Of a DNA stretch of 49,103 nt, positions 1-13,639 are shown one piece after another. Made by a program: the position numbers and the translations under genes. The stretch is taken from assembly GCA_003427395.1 (NCBI GenBank), contig BFEA01000018.1, positions 1,832,956 through 1,882,058 of the forward strand, in the 5' to 3' direction. Below the pieces are notes generated by a model. That model was not told where the DNA came from. It made no database searches and was given only the letters and a program-made list of their open reading frames with translations. The DNA is from Chara braunii. Lineage: Eukaryota > Plantae > Charophyceae. Position 1 is the stretch's first letter. Each line of letters opens with the position of its first letter.

Positions 1-80
<80 letters not shown>

Positions 81-100
81 TGCACACACACACATATGCA
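1..100. repeat. (CT)n(CA)n microsatellite; (GA)n tracts also at 2411, 2723, 2879, 8663, 8960, 12440-12686, 28624, 29298, 36054, 36266, 38503; (CTT)n at 43607-43744; (CT)(CA)n at 49000-49103
   Basis: Read directly from the sequence. Confidence 0.95.
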
Positions 101-666
101 CATACATTCTCTTGTCTATTGATGGGGAGCGCCACCTGCTGGAAACTGGGTCCAGCGTCCCGTGAACATCGTGAATAAGGCATCAACCGGGACCCCACAC
201 ACACACTCTCTTCGAGTTGTGTATAGCGAACATGACAAAACATACATACAACAGATTCACTACCTTACCCTTCCCGAATACAAGAGGTTTTTCTTTTCGA
301 AATCCGAATAGAAAGGGTACAGATTGTATTCGAATACAACGTGTAGGACCTGCACCGTTTCAATTTTGAAAAAGGACTACCCGCACCGTTTCAATTTCGA
401 AAAAGGACTGCGGGCTCCTCGGCCTCCTACTCGCAGCTACCGGTCCTACGCGTTCCTGGCCCTTGCAAGGCCCCAAAACCTCAAATGCCCACCCTCCCGA
501 CGACCACCGACGTTGAAACTGACGTTGAACGTTGAATGTCTCAGGGGGGGAAAGCGCATCCCTGACGGGCTGCGAACTGAGGTAGGGCCGTTACTTACCG
601 TTTCGTTTTCCGACGTGCTCTGTGGAGTGCTTCAATGCTACGGCGGTGAAACCCGTAGACGGCCAA

Positions 667-1099
667 CCGGGGCCAAGTCCCACTTACGATGATCCTTGAT
701 TTCGGGTCGTTGATCTTCCAAATCTGCGGTCAGAAATCGATCATTCGGGTAAGTGGGACTTGCCCCCCGGTAGCTCCAAGGAAGCACCGAACGGGGGGGG
801 TAATGCGAGTGCACCGTGCCCACAGTGCGACGCAGGTGAAAACCGTTACTGGCCGAAAGTTCACGCCACCTGCGGGGTCACAGTTTGCTGTCAGCGGGTT
901 GAAGCCTAACCATTTGAGGTGCCGGTGGGAGGAACCAGCTCGTGGCGGTTTTTCACGAGGAGCAAAAGATCACTTGGGTGCACAGATCTGAGTCGCAGCG
1001 GGGGCAAGGTCCCACTTGCACAGATTAAGAGATTCTGGCCGTTGATCTCTGCTGTCTACGGTCAGTATCGCTTCATCCGTGTAAGTGGGACCTACCCTC
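667..1099. mobile_element. Two copies of an about 100-bp hairpin MITE, family B (667-770 and 1000-1099)
   Basis: ccggggccaagtcccacttac ... gtaagtgggacttgccccccgg|TA; second copy ggggcaaggtcccacttgc ... gtaagtgggacctaccc with a similar interior. Confidence 0.7.
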
Positions 1100-1925
1100 G
1101 GGTCATGGCCCATCTGAGTAGAGAGGGCACACTCGAGTTCGTTGACAGCCGTGAGAAAGCTGGCATGGAGGGCGCACTTGCTGAACTCAATCAGCAGGCA
1201 TTGGCCGTAGATGACGAAGATCGACGGCAAGTACCTCTGAATCTTTACAAGCGGGACCTCGTCATTTTTGTTTTTTTTTGAAGATTGGCCTTTCAGACGG
1301 ACTGCAAACCTCCCGTCAAAAAAACAAAACAAAACAAAACAAAAAAAAAAACCCCTCCCGTCACTAAAATGGCCACCCATCTCCAGTGGGGGGGTGATGT
1401 CCTCACCCTAGGGCCGCCCCATCATCTTCTGGTCTCGTGGGGCCTGTGGCGTATGTCCAGTGGAGAGTAGTCCAATTTTGGGTCCGTGGTCGGTTTTGTA
1501 GTCTGGTCCAATTCGGAGGTCTACGCTGTCTTGTAGGGTTAGCAGCGAGTTGGCGCGGGAGAGATCTCCGCAGGCGGTCCGCCGACGTAGTGCTTGCCCA
1601 TTGACGAGGTGAAGGCGAGGCGGGAGGCGGGAGGCCATCTGTCGAGGTCTCCATGTTCACGCTAGGGTTGTGTTGGGGGTGGTGGGGAAGTGTTTGATGA
1701 AGGGCTTGTACGCGTGTGTGTGAGAGGTACGGGACGGGAGGGGAGGGGAGGGGAGGGGAGGGGAGGAGGTCAGATCCAGATCGAAAGGGGGGTAGGGAGG
1801 AAAGACGTCTCATCTGCGCAGTCCATCGCCCTGGGCAGCTGGAAGTGTCGTCACGTCTGCTGAGGAGGAACCTGTGTCTGACACGTCATCCATCAGATTT
1901 GGCATGCAAGGATAGTGCTATCGCA

Positions 1926-2015
1926 ATGCAGTACAGCCGGCAAGACGAGGCCAATGGTCATGGGTATGGCTACGGAGGTGGTGCGCGAAGGCCCAGCACT
2001 GCGGGGGCGTACAAC
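1926..2015 (+). CDS. FPA: FPA-like coding exon 1 ([30 protein letters not shown])
   Basis: ATG at 1926, 30 codons, donor AAC|gtgagc at 2016; phase 0 fits exon 2; G/Y-rich like exon 2. The start codon is inferred. Confidence 0.65.
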
Positions 2016-2407
2016 GTGAGCTCTTAACATTGCCCGTGTTCTCGAGTCCTCTGCTCACTTTCCTCCGCTGCCCTGTCTGCTTGTCAAGTTGTCCAGAAGA
2101 AGTAGACAGTCCGCCATCAGCTCCGAGCTGGAGTGTTCTGTCATTGCTCTTTCGTGGGTTGCTTGTGTACTTGTCGTCTGCGTCTCTGGGTGGCTGTGTG
2201 TCTTCGGGGCATGCGCGTACGCCATTGACAACGTCATTGACAAGGTCTCCTTGTCTGCCACCGTGTTCTCAACTTCCATACAACTGCATCATGTATTCTG
2301 CCACGTCATAATCTACGTCCCCGGCTCTCAGTGCTCGTTTGTCTTTCTCTTTGAGCCAGTGCATCCCTCTCTCTCCGCGCGTGCGTATTTCTGTGAGCGA
2401 GCGAGCG

Positions 2408-2486
<79 letters not shown>

Positions 2487-2716
2487 NNNNNNNNNNNNNN
2501 NNNNNNNNNNNNNNNNNNNNNNNNNNNNNNNNNNNNNNNNNNNNNNNNNNNNNNNNNNNNNNNNNNNNNNNNNNNNNNNNNNNNNNNNNNNNNNNNNNNN
2601 NNNNNNNNNNNNNNNNNNNNNNNNNNNNNNNNNNNNNNNNNNNNNNNNNNNNNNNNNNNNNNNNNNNNNNNNNNNNNNNNNNNNNNNNNNNNNNNNNNNN
2701 NNNNNNNNNNNNNNNN

Positions 2717-2810
<94 letters not shown>

Positions 2811-2875
2811 TCTCTGTGAGCTAGTGCATCCCTCTCTCTCTGTCATGCGCGCGCCGGTGTATCTGTAGTTCTGTG

Positions 2876-2944
<69 letters not shown>

Positions 2945-5900
2945 GAGTTGTGATTGACATGTTTGGTGCATGGGTGCAGCAAGGGGAGCATGGAGGAGGG
3001 CGAAGAGACGGGGGCGGGCAAGGGGGTGGGGGGTACTCGGAAAGGGGTTATGGAGGCGGAGGTGGGGAACGCGGCTACTCCCGTCGCGGTGGGCAGGAGG
3101 ACGATGACTCCCCTTCGAAGCATCTTTGGGTGGGTAACGTGACAGCGGATGTCACTGAGGCTATGCTCAAAGAGCATTTCGGTAAGCATGGCGTCATCGA
3201 GAGCGCGTCGGTGTACGGCCATCGTAATTACGCTTTCGTCAACTTCAAGACGCCCGAAGAAGCAGCTGTTGCCAAAGCCAACTTAAATGGCGCGATCATC
3301 GGAGGCTGTCCTATTAGGATCGAGTTTTCCAAAGGGGTGAGTCCATTGTCTCCCACCTTTGTCTAGTAATTTGTTACCTCCTCTTCTCCCCAGCCCTCTC
3401 CCTCTCTCTTTTCCTTCTCTCTCTCCTCGGAACTCTCATCTCAGTAGTTGCCATTCTTCTGAACTGCCTTGAATCAGTGAACTCTCAGTGAACTCTCAGT
3501 GAACTCTCAGCGAACTCTCAGTGCACTCTCAGTGCAGTGAACTCTCTTACTTGTCACTAGATGGGAGTGGATGTCCTCGTTTCTCTGTTCTCCATGTGTT
3601 TCGTTTCCTCTCGTGCGGCTTGCGCTTCCTCCCCCTCTATCCCTGTCGCTCCTGTTTCGCTTTCTTCTTCGTCTTCCTCTCTCTCCCTCTCTCTCCCTCT
3701 CTCTCCCTCTCTCTCCCTCTCTCTCCCTCTCTCGCTTCTTTTTCCCTTTTCGCTCATCTTTTTCCCATTCGTTCTCTTCCTCTCTTCCACTTGCTCTTGT
3801 ATACCACCCTGTGTACAACCCTATAATACAACCCTGAAAACTGCCCTGGACACTGTCAAGTCTCCTGTCGTTCTTTTCCTCTCTCCTTCTCTTTCTTGTA
3901 TACAAATCTGAACGTTAACCCTTGAACACTGGCAAAGTTTCACCTTTAGCGTTTTCCTGCTGTCCGTGCACCTGTCGTTGTCTCTCTTGCCCATATGTCT
4001 GCGAGCCGCGCTCGTCTGGAAGCCTTGTCCATTTTTGAATATATGTATACATATACAGTAGTTTAGGTATGTATATATGTACAGTATTCATGTGACGATA
4101 TATATACAGTAACGTAGATATATATTTATATATATGTTGGCTATATGTAAGTCTATATAAATGCTTTGCTTTGTATGTAGTGTACGTATTTCCATTGACG
4201 TATGTGTTTTCGAGCTGTTTCCCACCCATTGGGGTCTTTTCCCCGGTCGCTGTCCTCCTCGCTCTTTTTACCTTATCTGTGCCCTCCCTCTTCTTCGCCT
4301 TCTCCTTCGGCCGTTCCATTCTTGTTCTTGTTTTTTTTTTTCCCCCTCTTCCTCTTGCATTGTTGTCACGTCATCGCTTATCTTCTTCCTCTCGTCGTGA
4401 TTCTCTTTCCCTCTTCCTCTTGCATTGTTGTCACGTCAACGCTTATCTTCTTCCTCTCGTCGTGATTCTCGCGTCATGGCGGCTTTCTTTTTCTTCTGTC
4501 CGACATTCTTCTTGGTGTGGGGGTGGGTCCGCGCTCCTAAAGCGCTGTACTAGATTACGACGGGCCTGGAAAGGAGAGATGAGACCCTCTTCATCTTGCA
4601 TGTCGAGTATCACATCGTGCGTGCGCCAGGGTTTCATCCTCCCTTTCCCTTTCCAGCCCCGTCGTACTCTAGTCTTCCCCCGAATACAACGTACGGTCAT
4701 TATAGCTCAATTTAGACTGAAAGATACCCCAAATTCAGCTATAATGACCGTGCGTTGTATTCGGGGGAAGAAGGTAGTACTGCGCTTTTGGCACCTTCCG
4801 AGCAGGGTGCACTTGAATCACGAAGGGTATCACTCCGTCACTCTCCCGTTGTCTGCGTTTTTTCTCCGTCGTTCATTTAGCAGCACGGAAACGTCCCGAC
4901 GACCTCTATATGCTTCATCGTCGACGTTTTCGGTTCCCACCCTTCTCTCCCCTTCTTTTTCTTATTTTGCCTGTCCTCTCCTATACCCCCTTGCTTGTCC
5001 CCATCTGGAGCTTCTTCTCTCTCTCCTCTTGTATGCCTCCTCTTCCCCAGCCCTCTTTGTCCTCTCCCCTTGTCTTCTTTCTCGCCTTTCTTCTCCACTC
5101 GGCTTCCCGTTCTCCCCTCTTCTCTTCTCTCCCATTTTCTGCTTCCACCTTCCCTTCTCTCGCCTTCAGTTCGCTCCCCTTTGTTCGTCCCCTCTGCTCT
5201 CTGCTTTTCTTCTCCCTCCTCTCCCTCTTCTCCCCTCTGCTCTCCATTCTTTCGCCTCTCGCCCTTCTCGATTCTCCTTTTTCCCTTGTTCTCCCCTCTG
5301 CTCCTCTCTTTTTCCCTCTTCTTTACACTTCTTTTCTCTTCTCCCGTCCTTCCCCCTTTTCTCCTCTCTGCTCCCCCTCTTCTCTACCCTGGTTTCTCCT
5401 CTTCTTCCCTCTTCTTTACACCTCTTTTCTCTACTCCCGTCCTCCCCTCTTCTCCACCCTCTCTGCTATCTTCTCTACACTCGTCTTCCGGCTTCTCTCC
5501 CCCCTTTTCTACTCCTCTTCGCCTCTCCCCCCCCTTCTTACCCTTCGTTCCCTCTCCTTCTCTCGACTCTTTTTCCCTCCCTTGTCTATCCCCCGTCCAT
5601 CTCTCCTGTCCCTCTCTTCCCTTTATCCTTCTTCCGTATCTTTAAGTCCATCGCTCTCTGTCGTCCTCTCCACTAGTTGCCTATCTTCATCTTCTCCCTT
5701 CTCTCCCTCTTCTCCCCTCTGCTCTCCTATCTTCTTCTATTTCGTCCTCCCTTCTTCTTCTTTCTCCTTTTCTCTCCTTCTCCCCTTTTCTCCTTGCTCC
5801 TCTTTTCCTCTTTATTGGCCGCCTTTCGTCCCGCCTGTCTCTCCACCTGGCTGCCCCCTTTCTTCTCTACCCTTTCTGTTCCCCTCCTCTCTCCGTTTTC

Positions 5901-8660
5901 TCCTCTCCGGTATCTGAGGTCTCGGCGTTCCCCATGCTTGCGTTTCGTCCGGTGCCCTTTTAGTGTGATTGCTTTTCTTCCTCGTTCATTACCGGTTCCT
6001 TCTTGATATCTGCAGAGCTTACTTCTTTTTGTCCCTTTCTTTCTTTTTGTCTTGGTCTATGTATTTCCTTCCCCTCTCCCCCCCCTTTCCCTCTCTTCTC
6101 CCCTCGCTGTATTTTGTCTAGCGCACTTTCCTCTGCACAGCTATGTCGTCCATTCCATGACCTCGAGATTCCGTTTTCTGGCTGTTGATTGCCATTCTTT
6201 TTCCTTTTTGTCTTTCTTCTTCGAGTACCCTGCCCGTTTGTCACTACCCCGGGGTTTAATATTGGATCTTTGGACTCCTATCCCGAAAATCGTGTTTTTT
6301 TTTTTTTTTTTTTTTTTTGTTGAAAAATCGTGGTTTTTACATTTCACAATCTTCCAATATTTTTATTCTGTCTATAGACTCTATATGCTATATAAACCCC
6401 GACGAAACAGTTTGTCACATCCCTTCCCTCGTTTCTTGTCCTCTTCTCCCTCCCTCCCTCTTTGCCTACGGCTTACCGGGCAGCTCTGTTTGACAATATA
6501 TCGCCGCTCAACGTACATCCACGTGGGCGGCCTTGTACGCAAGAGGTTCTTTTTGAACAGGGGGAGTCTTGTGAGGAAGAAGATAAAAAATGAATTTATT
6601 TCTTCTTTTTATCGCATTTGCGCTCTGATAAATTTGTGACGATATACATATACATACATATAAGAGCTGATGAACACGCGGAGCTTTCCTTTCTTTTTTT
6701 GGTTTTTGTCTTTTTTCGCCTTTGCGCTCCGATACACGGTGTGTCGATATACATAACTCCGACGAAACAGTTTTTTGTCCCAGCCCCTCCCTCGTTTGTT
6801 GTCCTCTTCTCCCTCCCTCTCTGCCTACGGTTTACCGTCGGCAGCTCTGTTTGACTATATACACACCTGGGTGCAAGTGGGTCCTTGTGACACACGGGGA
6901 TGGGGTCGCAGCCAGCGCTCAACCTGTCATCCACGTGGCTGGCCTTGTACGTAAGAGGTGATGAACAGGTGGGGCTTTCCTTCCTTCATTCTTTTCCTTG
7001 TTTTGCTTTTTTCCGCCTTTGCGTTCCGATTCACAGTGTGATATATGTATATATCTGATAACTTTGTGACAATATATATGTATATATCGTCAACAGAAGG
7101 ACGACAAACGAGGGGGGGCTGTGACAAAAAAACTGTTTCGTCGGAGTTGCACCGACTACGTAGGGCGCCCTAAACACGGCATCTTCCCCCCCAAAAAAAA
7201 AAAAAAACAAAACAAAAAAAAGAACAAGGCGTCTGGACCTGACAATATACCACAACCGATGGAGTGCAAGTTCCAGGTGCTTTTCATAAAAATATAGACA
7301 ACTCGTTGTTCAATGGGCACTCTGTGGATTATGGGACAGCGTTTCCGGTGATGGAGTTGCAGTTGGTGGGTGGTTCTCTCCTTGCCTCCGGGTCCCCCCT
7401 TTGAATCAACAATGGGCTTTTATTCTCCACGACCCAAATCATATGGAGGACTTTTTTTTGGGCTAATTAAATAAAGCCTTCCTTGGACTTGGTCCTTCAA
7501 CTACCCTCTTCCCCCGAATAGAACGCCCGGTCATTATATAGCCGTATTTGGCACAACTTTCAGCCCAGATACGGCGATAATTACCGGGCGTTCTATTCGG
7601 TAAGGTGAAGACGGTAGTTGTTGTCTGCGTCCTCGAATGCTCCGGCACGTGGCACCGCCACACCACTGCTGAAACAAAAAAAAAAAAGATCAAATGCAAC
7701 TTCCACAGAAAAATGGTAAGGTGCATCCATTTTTTATTCTCTGCGGGAAGATGCAGAGAATAAATGCTTCTTTCCGTTTCGACAGGGGTGTGGCAAGGGG
7801 CCCTATCTACGTGTATGTGTGCTGTTTGGACTGCACGGAAGCTGTTTCGCTTCTCCTTTTTTTTTGGGGTCCTTTGATTTTCGTTTAAGGCTATTAACGA
7901 AAGTAGCCCAGCTCAAAAAAAAAAGAAAAAAAGAAAAAGGAAAGTAGCCCAGCTCAATTCGGAGTCTTCTTCTGTCTAATCTGACAGGATGACCTGTCTG
8001 GCCTTATATTGGTATTTTGCTTCCACTTTCTTCGATTTTAGGGCGTCGATACATGCATTTGGACGCCTTTCTTGACCAGGCGCATTCGGAGGAGCTCAAC
8101 ATTTTGAATGTATCGGGACACGATTAGGAGGTCCAAAGACATGTAGGGTTGTGCAGAGGAGCGAAGCCCTTGCTCTTGCTTCTGCTTCTTTGCACGTCGG
8201 CATTAGTCCTGTGTATTGAGGTTAATGCCCGCCGTCAAACGAACCATCAAGCGAAGAGAGGGGAAGGAGGAGGAGGAAGGGGGGGGAATGAAACGAATCA
8301 TCAAGCGAAGAGAGGGGAAGGAGGAGGAGGAGGGGGGGGGATGGAGGGAGATAGATATGCGCGAAGATTTCTCCTTCTCCGCTGGTTGGTAGGCTCTGTG
8401 AGTTATGGATGACCTAAGGCTCCTGCAGTACTCGTCACGCCTCTCCCAAGTCCAAGTAGGAACAAAGGCGGACGTCGACATCGGCATAGGCACTTTCGAT
8501 TCGAGTTGGGGAGTGGATTGAAGGTGCTGCTGTCTCGCAAGCAGTAGAGCTGCTGACACATTGTCACAGTTTCTGATCAGTGCGAGCGGCGTAACGAAGG
8601 GTGGGCACAACGAGGAGTCGTCTTTGCCCTCCAACGGTGATGCTGGCCGCCTTACCCCCC

Positions 8661-8735
<75 letters not shown>

Positions 8736-8934
8736 AGTGGTAGGGTGGTGTCTTTTTCTTTGCACGGTTTATGATTGAAGTTTAGGTCACCTTCAGTGAC
8801 GGCAGTATTTGCTCCCCTTAGTGAGGGCGGGAAGTATTGCATTACCTACAGCATGATTGGGGTGTCTGTGAGGGAAAGAGGGAGACGGAGTGCCCGCGCA
8901 CCTGCTAGGGAGAGATTGGAGGAAGTATGTTTAG

Positions 8935-9029
<95 letters not shown>

Positions 9030-12000
9030 NNNNNNNNNNNNNNNNNNNNNNNNNNNNNNNNNNNNNNNNNNNNNNNNNNNNNNNNNNNNNNNNNNNNNNN
9101 NNNNNNNNNNNNNNNNNNNNNNNNNNNNNNNNNNNNNNNNNNNNNNNNNNNNNNNNNNNNNNNNNNNNNNNNNNNNNNNNNNNNNNNNNNNNNNNNNNNN
9201 NNNNNNNNNNNNNNNNNNNNNNNNNNNNNNNNNNNNNNNNNNNNNNNNNNNNNNNNNNNNNNNNNNNNNNNNNNNNNNNNNNNNNNNNNNNNNNNNNNNN
9301 NNNNNNNNNNNNNNNNNNNNNNNNNNNNNNNNNNNNNNNNNNNNNNNNNNNNNNNNNNNNNNNNNNNNNNNNNNNNNNNNNNNNNNNNNNNNNNNNNNNN
9401 NNNNNNNNNNNNNNNNNNNNNNNNNNNNNNNNNNNNNNNNNNNNNNNNNNNNNNNNNNNNNNNNNNNNNNNNNNNNNNNNNNNNNNNNNNNNNNNNNNNN
9501 NNNNNNNNNNNNNNNNNNNNNNNNNNNNNNNNNNNNNNNNNNNNNNNNNNNNNNNNNNNNNNNNNNNNNNNNNNNNNNNNNNNNNNNNNNNNNNNNNNNN
9601 NNNNNNNNNNNNNNNNNNNNNNNNNNNNNNNNNNNNNNNNNNNNNNNNNNNNNNNNNNNNNNNNNNNNNNNNNNNNNNNNNNNNNNNNNNNNNNNNNNNN
9701 NNNNNNNNNNNNNNNNNNNNNNNNNNNNNNNNNNNNNNNNNNNNNNNNNNNNNNNNNNNNNNNNNNNNNNNNNNNNNNNNNNNNNNNNNNNNNNNNNNNN
9801 NNNNNNNNNNNNNNNNNNNNNNNNNNNNNNNNNNNNNNNNNNNNNTTGTTTTTGGGTGGGGGGGGAGATGTTTGATGGTTTTTGATGGCGAAGTTAGTTT
9901 TTTTGAAGTAGTTTTTTTAAAGTGCTCTGGCGTGTTTGTTGCCCTTCGTTTTCAACCAAAACGTGAGACGGAATGCGCGCGGTCTGCGTGGAACGAAAGT
10001 ACCAGGCAACAAGTTCAGAGCCCCAGATGTGTGTTTACAGATATAATAATCCCAAATCATGTCTCGAGGGGTATCGTTCTCCAGCTGAGAGGTTTTTTTT
10101 TTTTTTTTTTTATGTTGAAAAGGCAATGATGACCTTGAGATGTCATCATTGGAACTGACCCTCCCTAAGTAATTTGGAATTACTTATCATCATTGGAACT
10201 GACCCTCTTTTAAGTATTTTATTCATCTGCTTCCGGTGGGGTTTGAACAGGGGTCTGTATTTCAATTTCAACAGTTCTGGGGGGGGTGTACCAAATGAAT
10301 GAGCTAGGCTACCCCCTTCCCCCGAATACAACGCCCGGTCATTATAGCTGTATTTAGACTGAACGTTACACCAAATACGGCTATATGATGACCGGGCGTT
10401 CTATTGGGGTGAAGACGGTACCGGCTAGCTGGTAAGGCTGAGAGGATTTAGGGTTTCTGTCTATTGTTCTTGCTGCCTTTTTCTCGTCTTTTTCTCTTTT
10501 AAAGATCGAGACGGGCTTTTTGAGATCTTATCGTGGAATTGATCGGCCTCAAGTAATCCAAGAAAGAATTGAGTTCACGTAGTTCCATCTGGAATCGAAC
10601 TTCGGGTTGTTTTCAACAATTTAAGGGGGTGTACTGCTTCTTTGGGGCTGTTTTTCAACAATTTAAGGGGGTGTGGACCAACTGAGCTAGGGTAGTCGGC
10701 GGTTCTTTTCTTTGCGGCTGGCCTGCGTTGGATTCTTAGGGTTTGTGCGGGTATTATCTTTGGAGCTGTGTTGCCTGGGAATGTGTGGTGAGCAATTGTG
10801 GATGACAGGTTGGGAGTGAGCCAAATGGAGAGGGGGGTAAGGAGAGGGAGGAATCTTGTGAACTACTTTATAGTTAGGTTTATGGATAGAGAGGAGTGGT
10901 TGTGGTTTATGGATGGAGATAGAGTTGTGATTGTGTGTTTTTTTTTTTCGTTTTTTTCTTTTTTCAGGGAGATAGAGTTGCGATTGTGTGTTCCGTTGGA
11001 TTAGGATCTGGAGATCCGTTGACGCATATGACTTGAGCCGCTGATTTCCTCGATCTCATCTCATCTCGTCGTGATAGGTTTTGCACCGACTCCATTGATT
11101 GCCTCTGGTGATTACTGGATTGTTGAAATACGTGGTTGATTGGTTTGATTGATTGGTTGTTGTAGTGCTTGACTGGCCAGCATCGTTGGTTGATTGCTTG
11201 CGCGTTGATTGGTTTATGGATTGGTTGTATCAGCGATTGTGCGTCGTTGACTCGTTGGTTGATTGGTCGATCCGTCGACTTGTTGATTGGTCGGGTGATC
11301 CGTTTGATTAGACCGGTGACCTGTTGATTGATCGGATGATTCGTTGATTGGTTCTTGGATGCGGATTATGAGACTGCTGTTTTGGTTGTTTGCTTGCGTA
11401 AATTGATTGGTTGTTTCCGTGATTGTGCGTGGTTGAGTCGTTGATTGGTCGGTCGATCCGGTTGATTGGACGGGTGACCCGTTGATTGGTCGGGCGATCC
11501 GTCGTTGATTGGTTCTCGGATGCTGAGGACGAGACTGCTGTTTTGGTTGTTTGCCTGCGTCTACTTACTGGTTTATTTATTGATTGGTTGTTTTGGTGAT
11601 TGATTGTGCGTGGTTGAGTCGTTGATTGGTCGGTCGATCCGGTTGATTGGACGGTGACCCATTCATTGCATGGGATGATCTGTTGATCGGTTGTTGATCG
11701 GTTGTCGGATGCTGAAGATACAGGACTGTAGAAGTTTTGATAATATCTGAAGAGGTTTGATATGGTGGTGCTGTCTGACCGTCATCACTACAGGGGGAGC
11801 GCTTTTTCATTCCTGCCTTTTGTATAGAAAGAAACGTTGTCTTTCGTGTGACTTTCGACAGGAGTTGTTTCTTTCTTTAATTGTTTTTTTTTTTCGTATC
11901 ATTTCGCTCTCGGCAGCAGGAGGGGTGATTTTTAAACCACCAGTACCTCGCCCAGCTACCAAGTCCGAGGCTCGGACTACCGGTAGCCCGATCATTCCCG

Positions 12001-12439
12001 AGCCTCGGACTTTATTGCCGAGCCTCGGAAAACCGGTAGTACATCAAAGAAAAAAAAAAAGACAAAAAAAAACATACCACTTTCTGCAAGAAAAAAANNN
12101 NNNNNNNNNNNNNNNNNNNNNNNNNNNNNNNNNNNNNNNNNNNNNNNNNNNNNNNNNNNNNNNNNNNNNNNNNNNNNNNNNNNNNNNNNNNNNNNNNNNN
12201 NNNNNNNNNNNNNNNNNNNNNNNNNNNNNNNNNNNNNNNNNNNNNNNNNNNNNNNNNNNNNNNNNNNNNNNNNNNNNNNNNNNNNNNNNNNNNNNNNNNN
12301 NNNNNNNNNNNNNNNNNNNNNNNNNNNNNNNNNNNNNNNNNNNNNNNNNNNNNNNNNNNNNNNNNNNNNNNNNNNNNNNNNNNNNNNNNNNNNNNNNNNN
12401 NNNNNNNNNNNNNNNNNNNNNNNNNNNNNNNNNNNNNNN

Positions 12440-12490
<51 letters not shown>

Positions 12491-12548
12491 CGTCAGCCAG
12501 TTGACCGTTGGCTGTGTGTGTGTGACCGTTGGCTGTGTGTGTGTGTGT

Positions 12549-12590
<42 letters not shown>

Positions 12591-12636
12591 CCAACGTTCA
12601 AATCAGAATGAATCTTCCATTGCGATAACGTGGAAG

Positions 12637-12688
<52 letters not shown>

Positions 12689-13578
12689 CGTCAGCCAGTG
12701 TCTGATGCTGAGTTTGGTGCACCAAACTCGGTGTCAGACACTGGCTGATGCCCTCTCTCTCTCGTTCGTCCCCCCCTTTCCCCCCCCCCCGGCAGCGCCC
12801 GTTTCTTTTTCGTTTGTTACTTCAGATATTCGTCGTTTTTTTTGTTTTTTTTTTTTCGTGCCCGTTTTTTTGGGACTACCGGTTGCACGGAGGTGGGTAC
12901 CCCGCCCGACGCGGCGCGTAACGGTCGCGTCGGCTTTTTCAAGCAAGGCGAGGTACTGGTGGTTTAAAAAAGTTCTTGGATCAACAGCTCTCTTTCTGCT
13001 TGGTCGACGGTTTCCCTCATTTTCTGTTGCCTTGTTTTATTTTCCCTCGTTTTTTTTGCCCCTCTGGGTCACCCAAGCTCGTAATATTCCCTACTCGTGT
13101 TCTGCAATGTCGGTTTCTTCTTGTCGTTACGTTTCTTGCTCGCTTCCGCAAGTTTCTGTCGCTTGTTTGACACACACACACTCTCCTGCACATCTTATGG
13201 TGTGAGTAAAGTCGACCACTTTTCTCTTGCAGGGGTAGCTCTAACTCTGGGCGATGTACGGCGTTCAACTTTGAAAACAGGGCCATCATTCTTTGTTTGA
13301 TGATGCATCTTTCAGCCTTCGACTGATGCTCTGGAACCAAGACAGTTGATCACTAGTTTCGGTTGTGGAGGTTTGGGCATTTGGCCGACTGATGAGATGA
13401 TGAAGGTGCTCTGTGAAACGGCGTTCGACGAGAATGCTCACAAGTTAGCGCACGCCAGGCTCTCTGGGTCACCAGCATTTTTTAGAATGAACAAGTGGAT
13501 GCCGGCTGCGGACCGGTGTCGTCCACTAATAGGGTGGGGTCGCAGATGTACATCCAGCAACGGGTGGCGGAAACCAAA

Positions 13579-13639
<61 letters not shown>

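Noticed and set aside
1716-1925. N-terminal extension of FPA from the GTG at 1716
   Set aside because: The first in-frame ATG is at 1926; upstream sequence looks like UTR or a UTR intron (ctgac...catcag near 1896).
4171-5917. Long ORFs of 501, 335 and 216 aa
   Set aside because: Artefacts of the C/T-rich tract, which lacks stop codons; they lie inside FPA intron 2.
2089-12551. ORFs with RE/SL repeats and X runs (also 28327-29775 and 43444-44455)
   Set aside because: They run through (GA)n microsatellites and N gaps.
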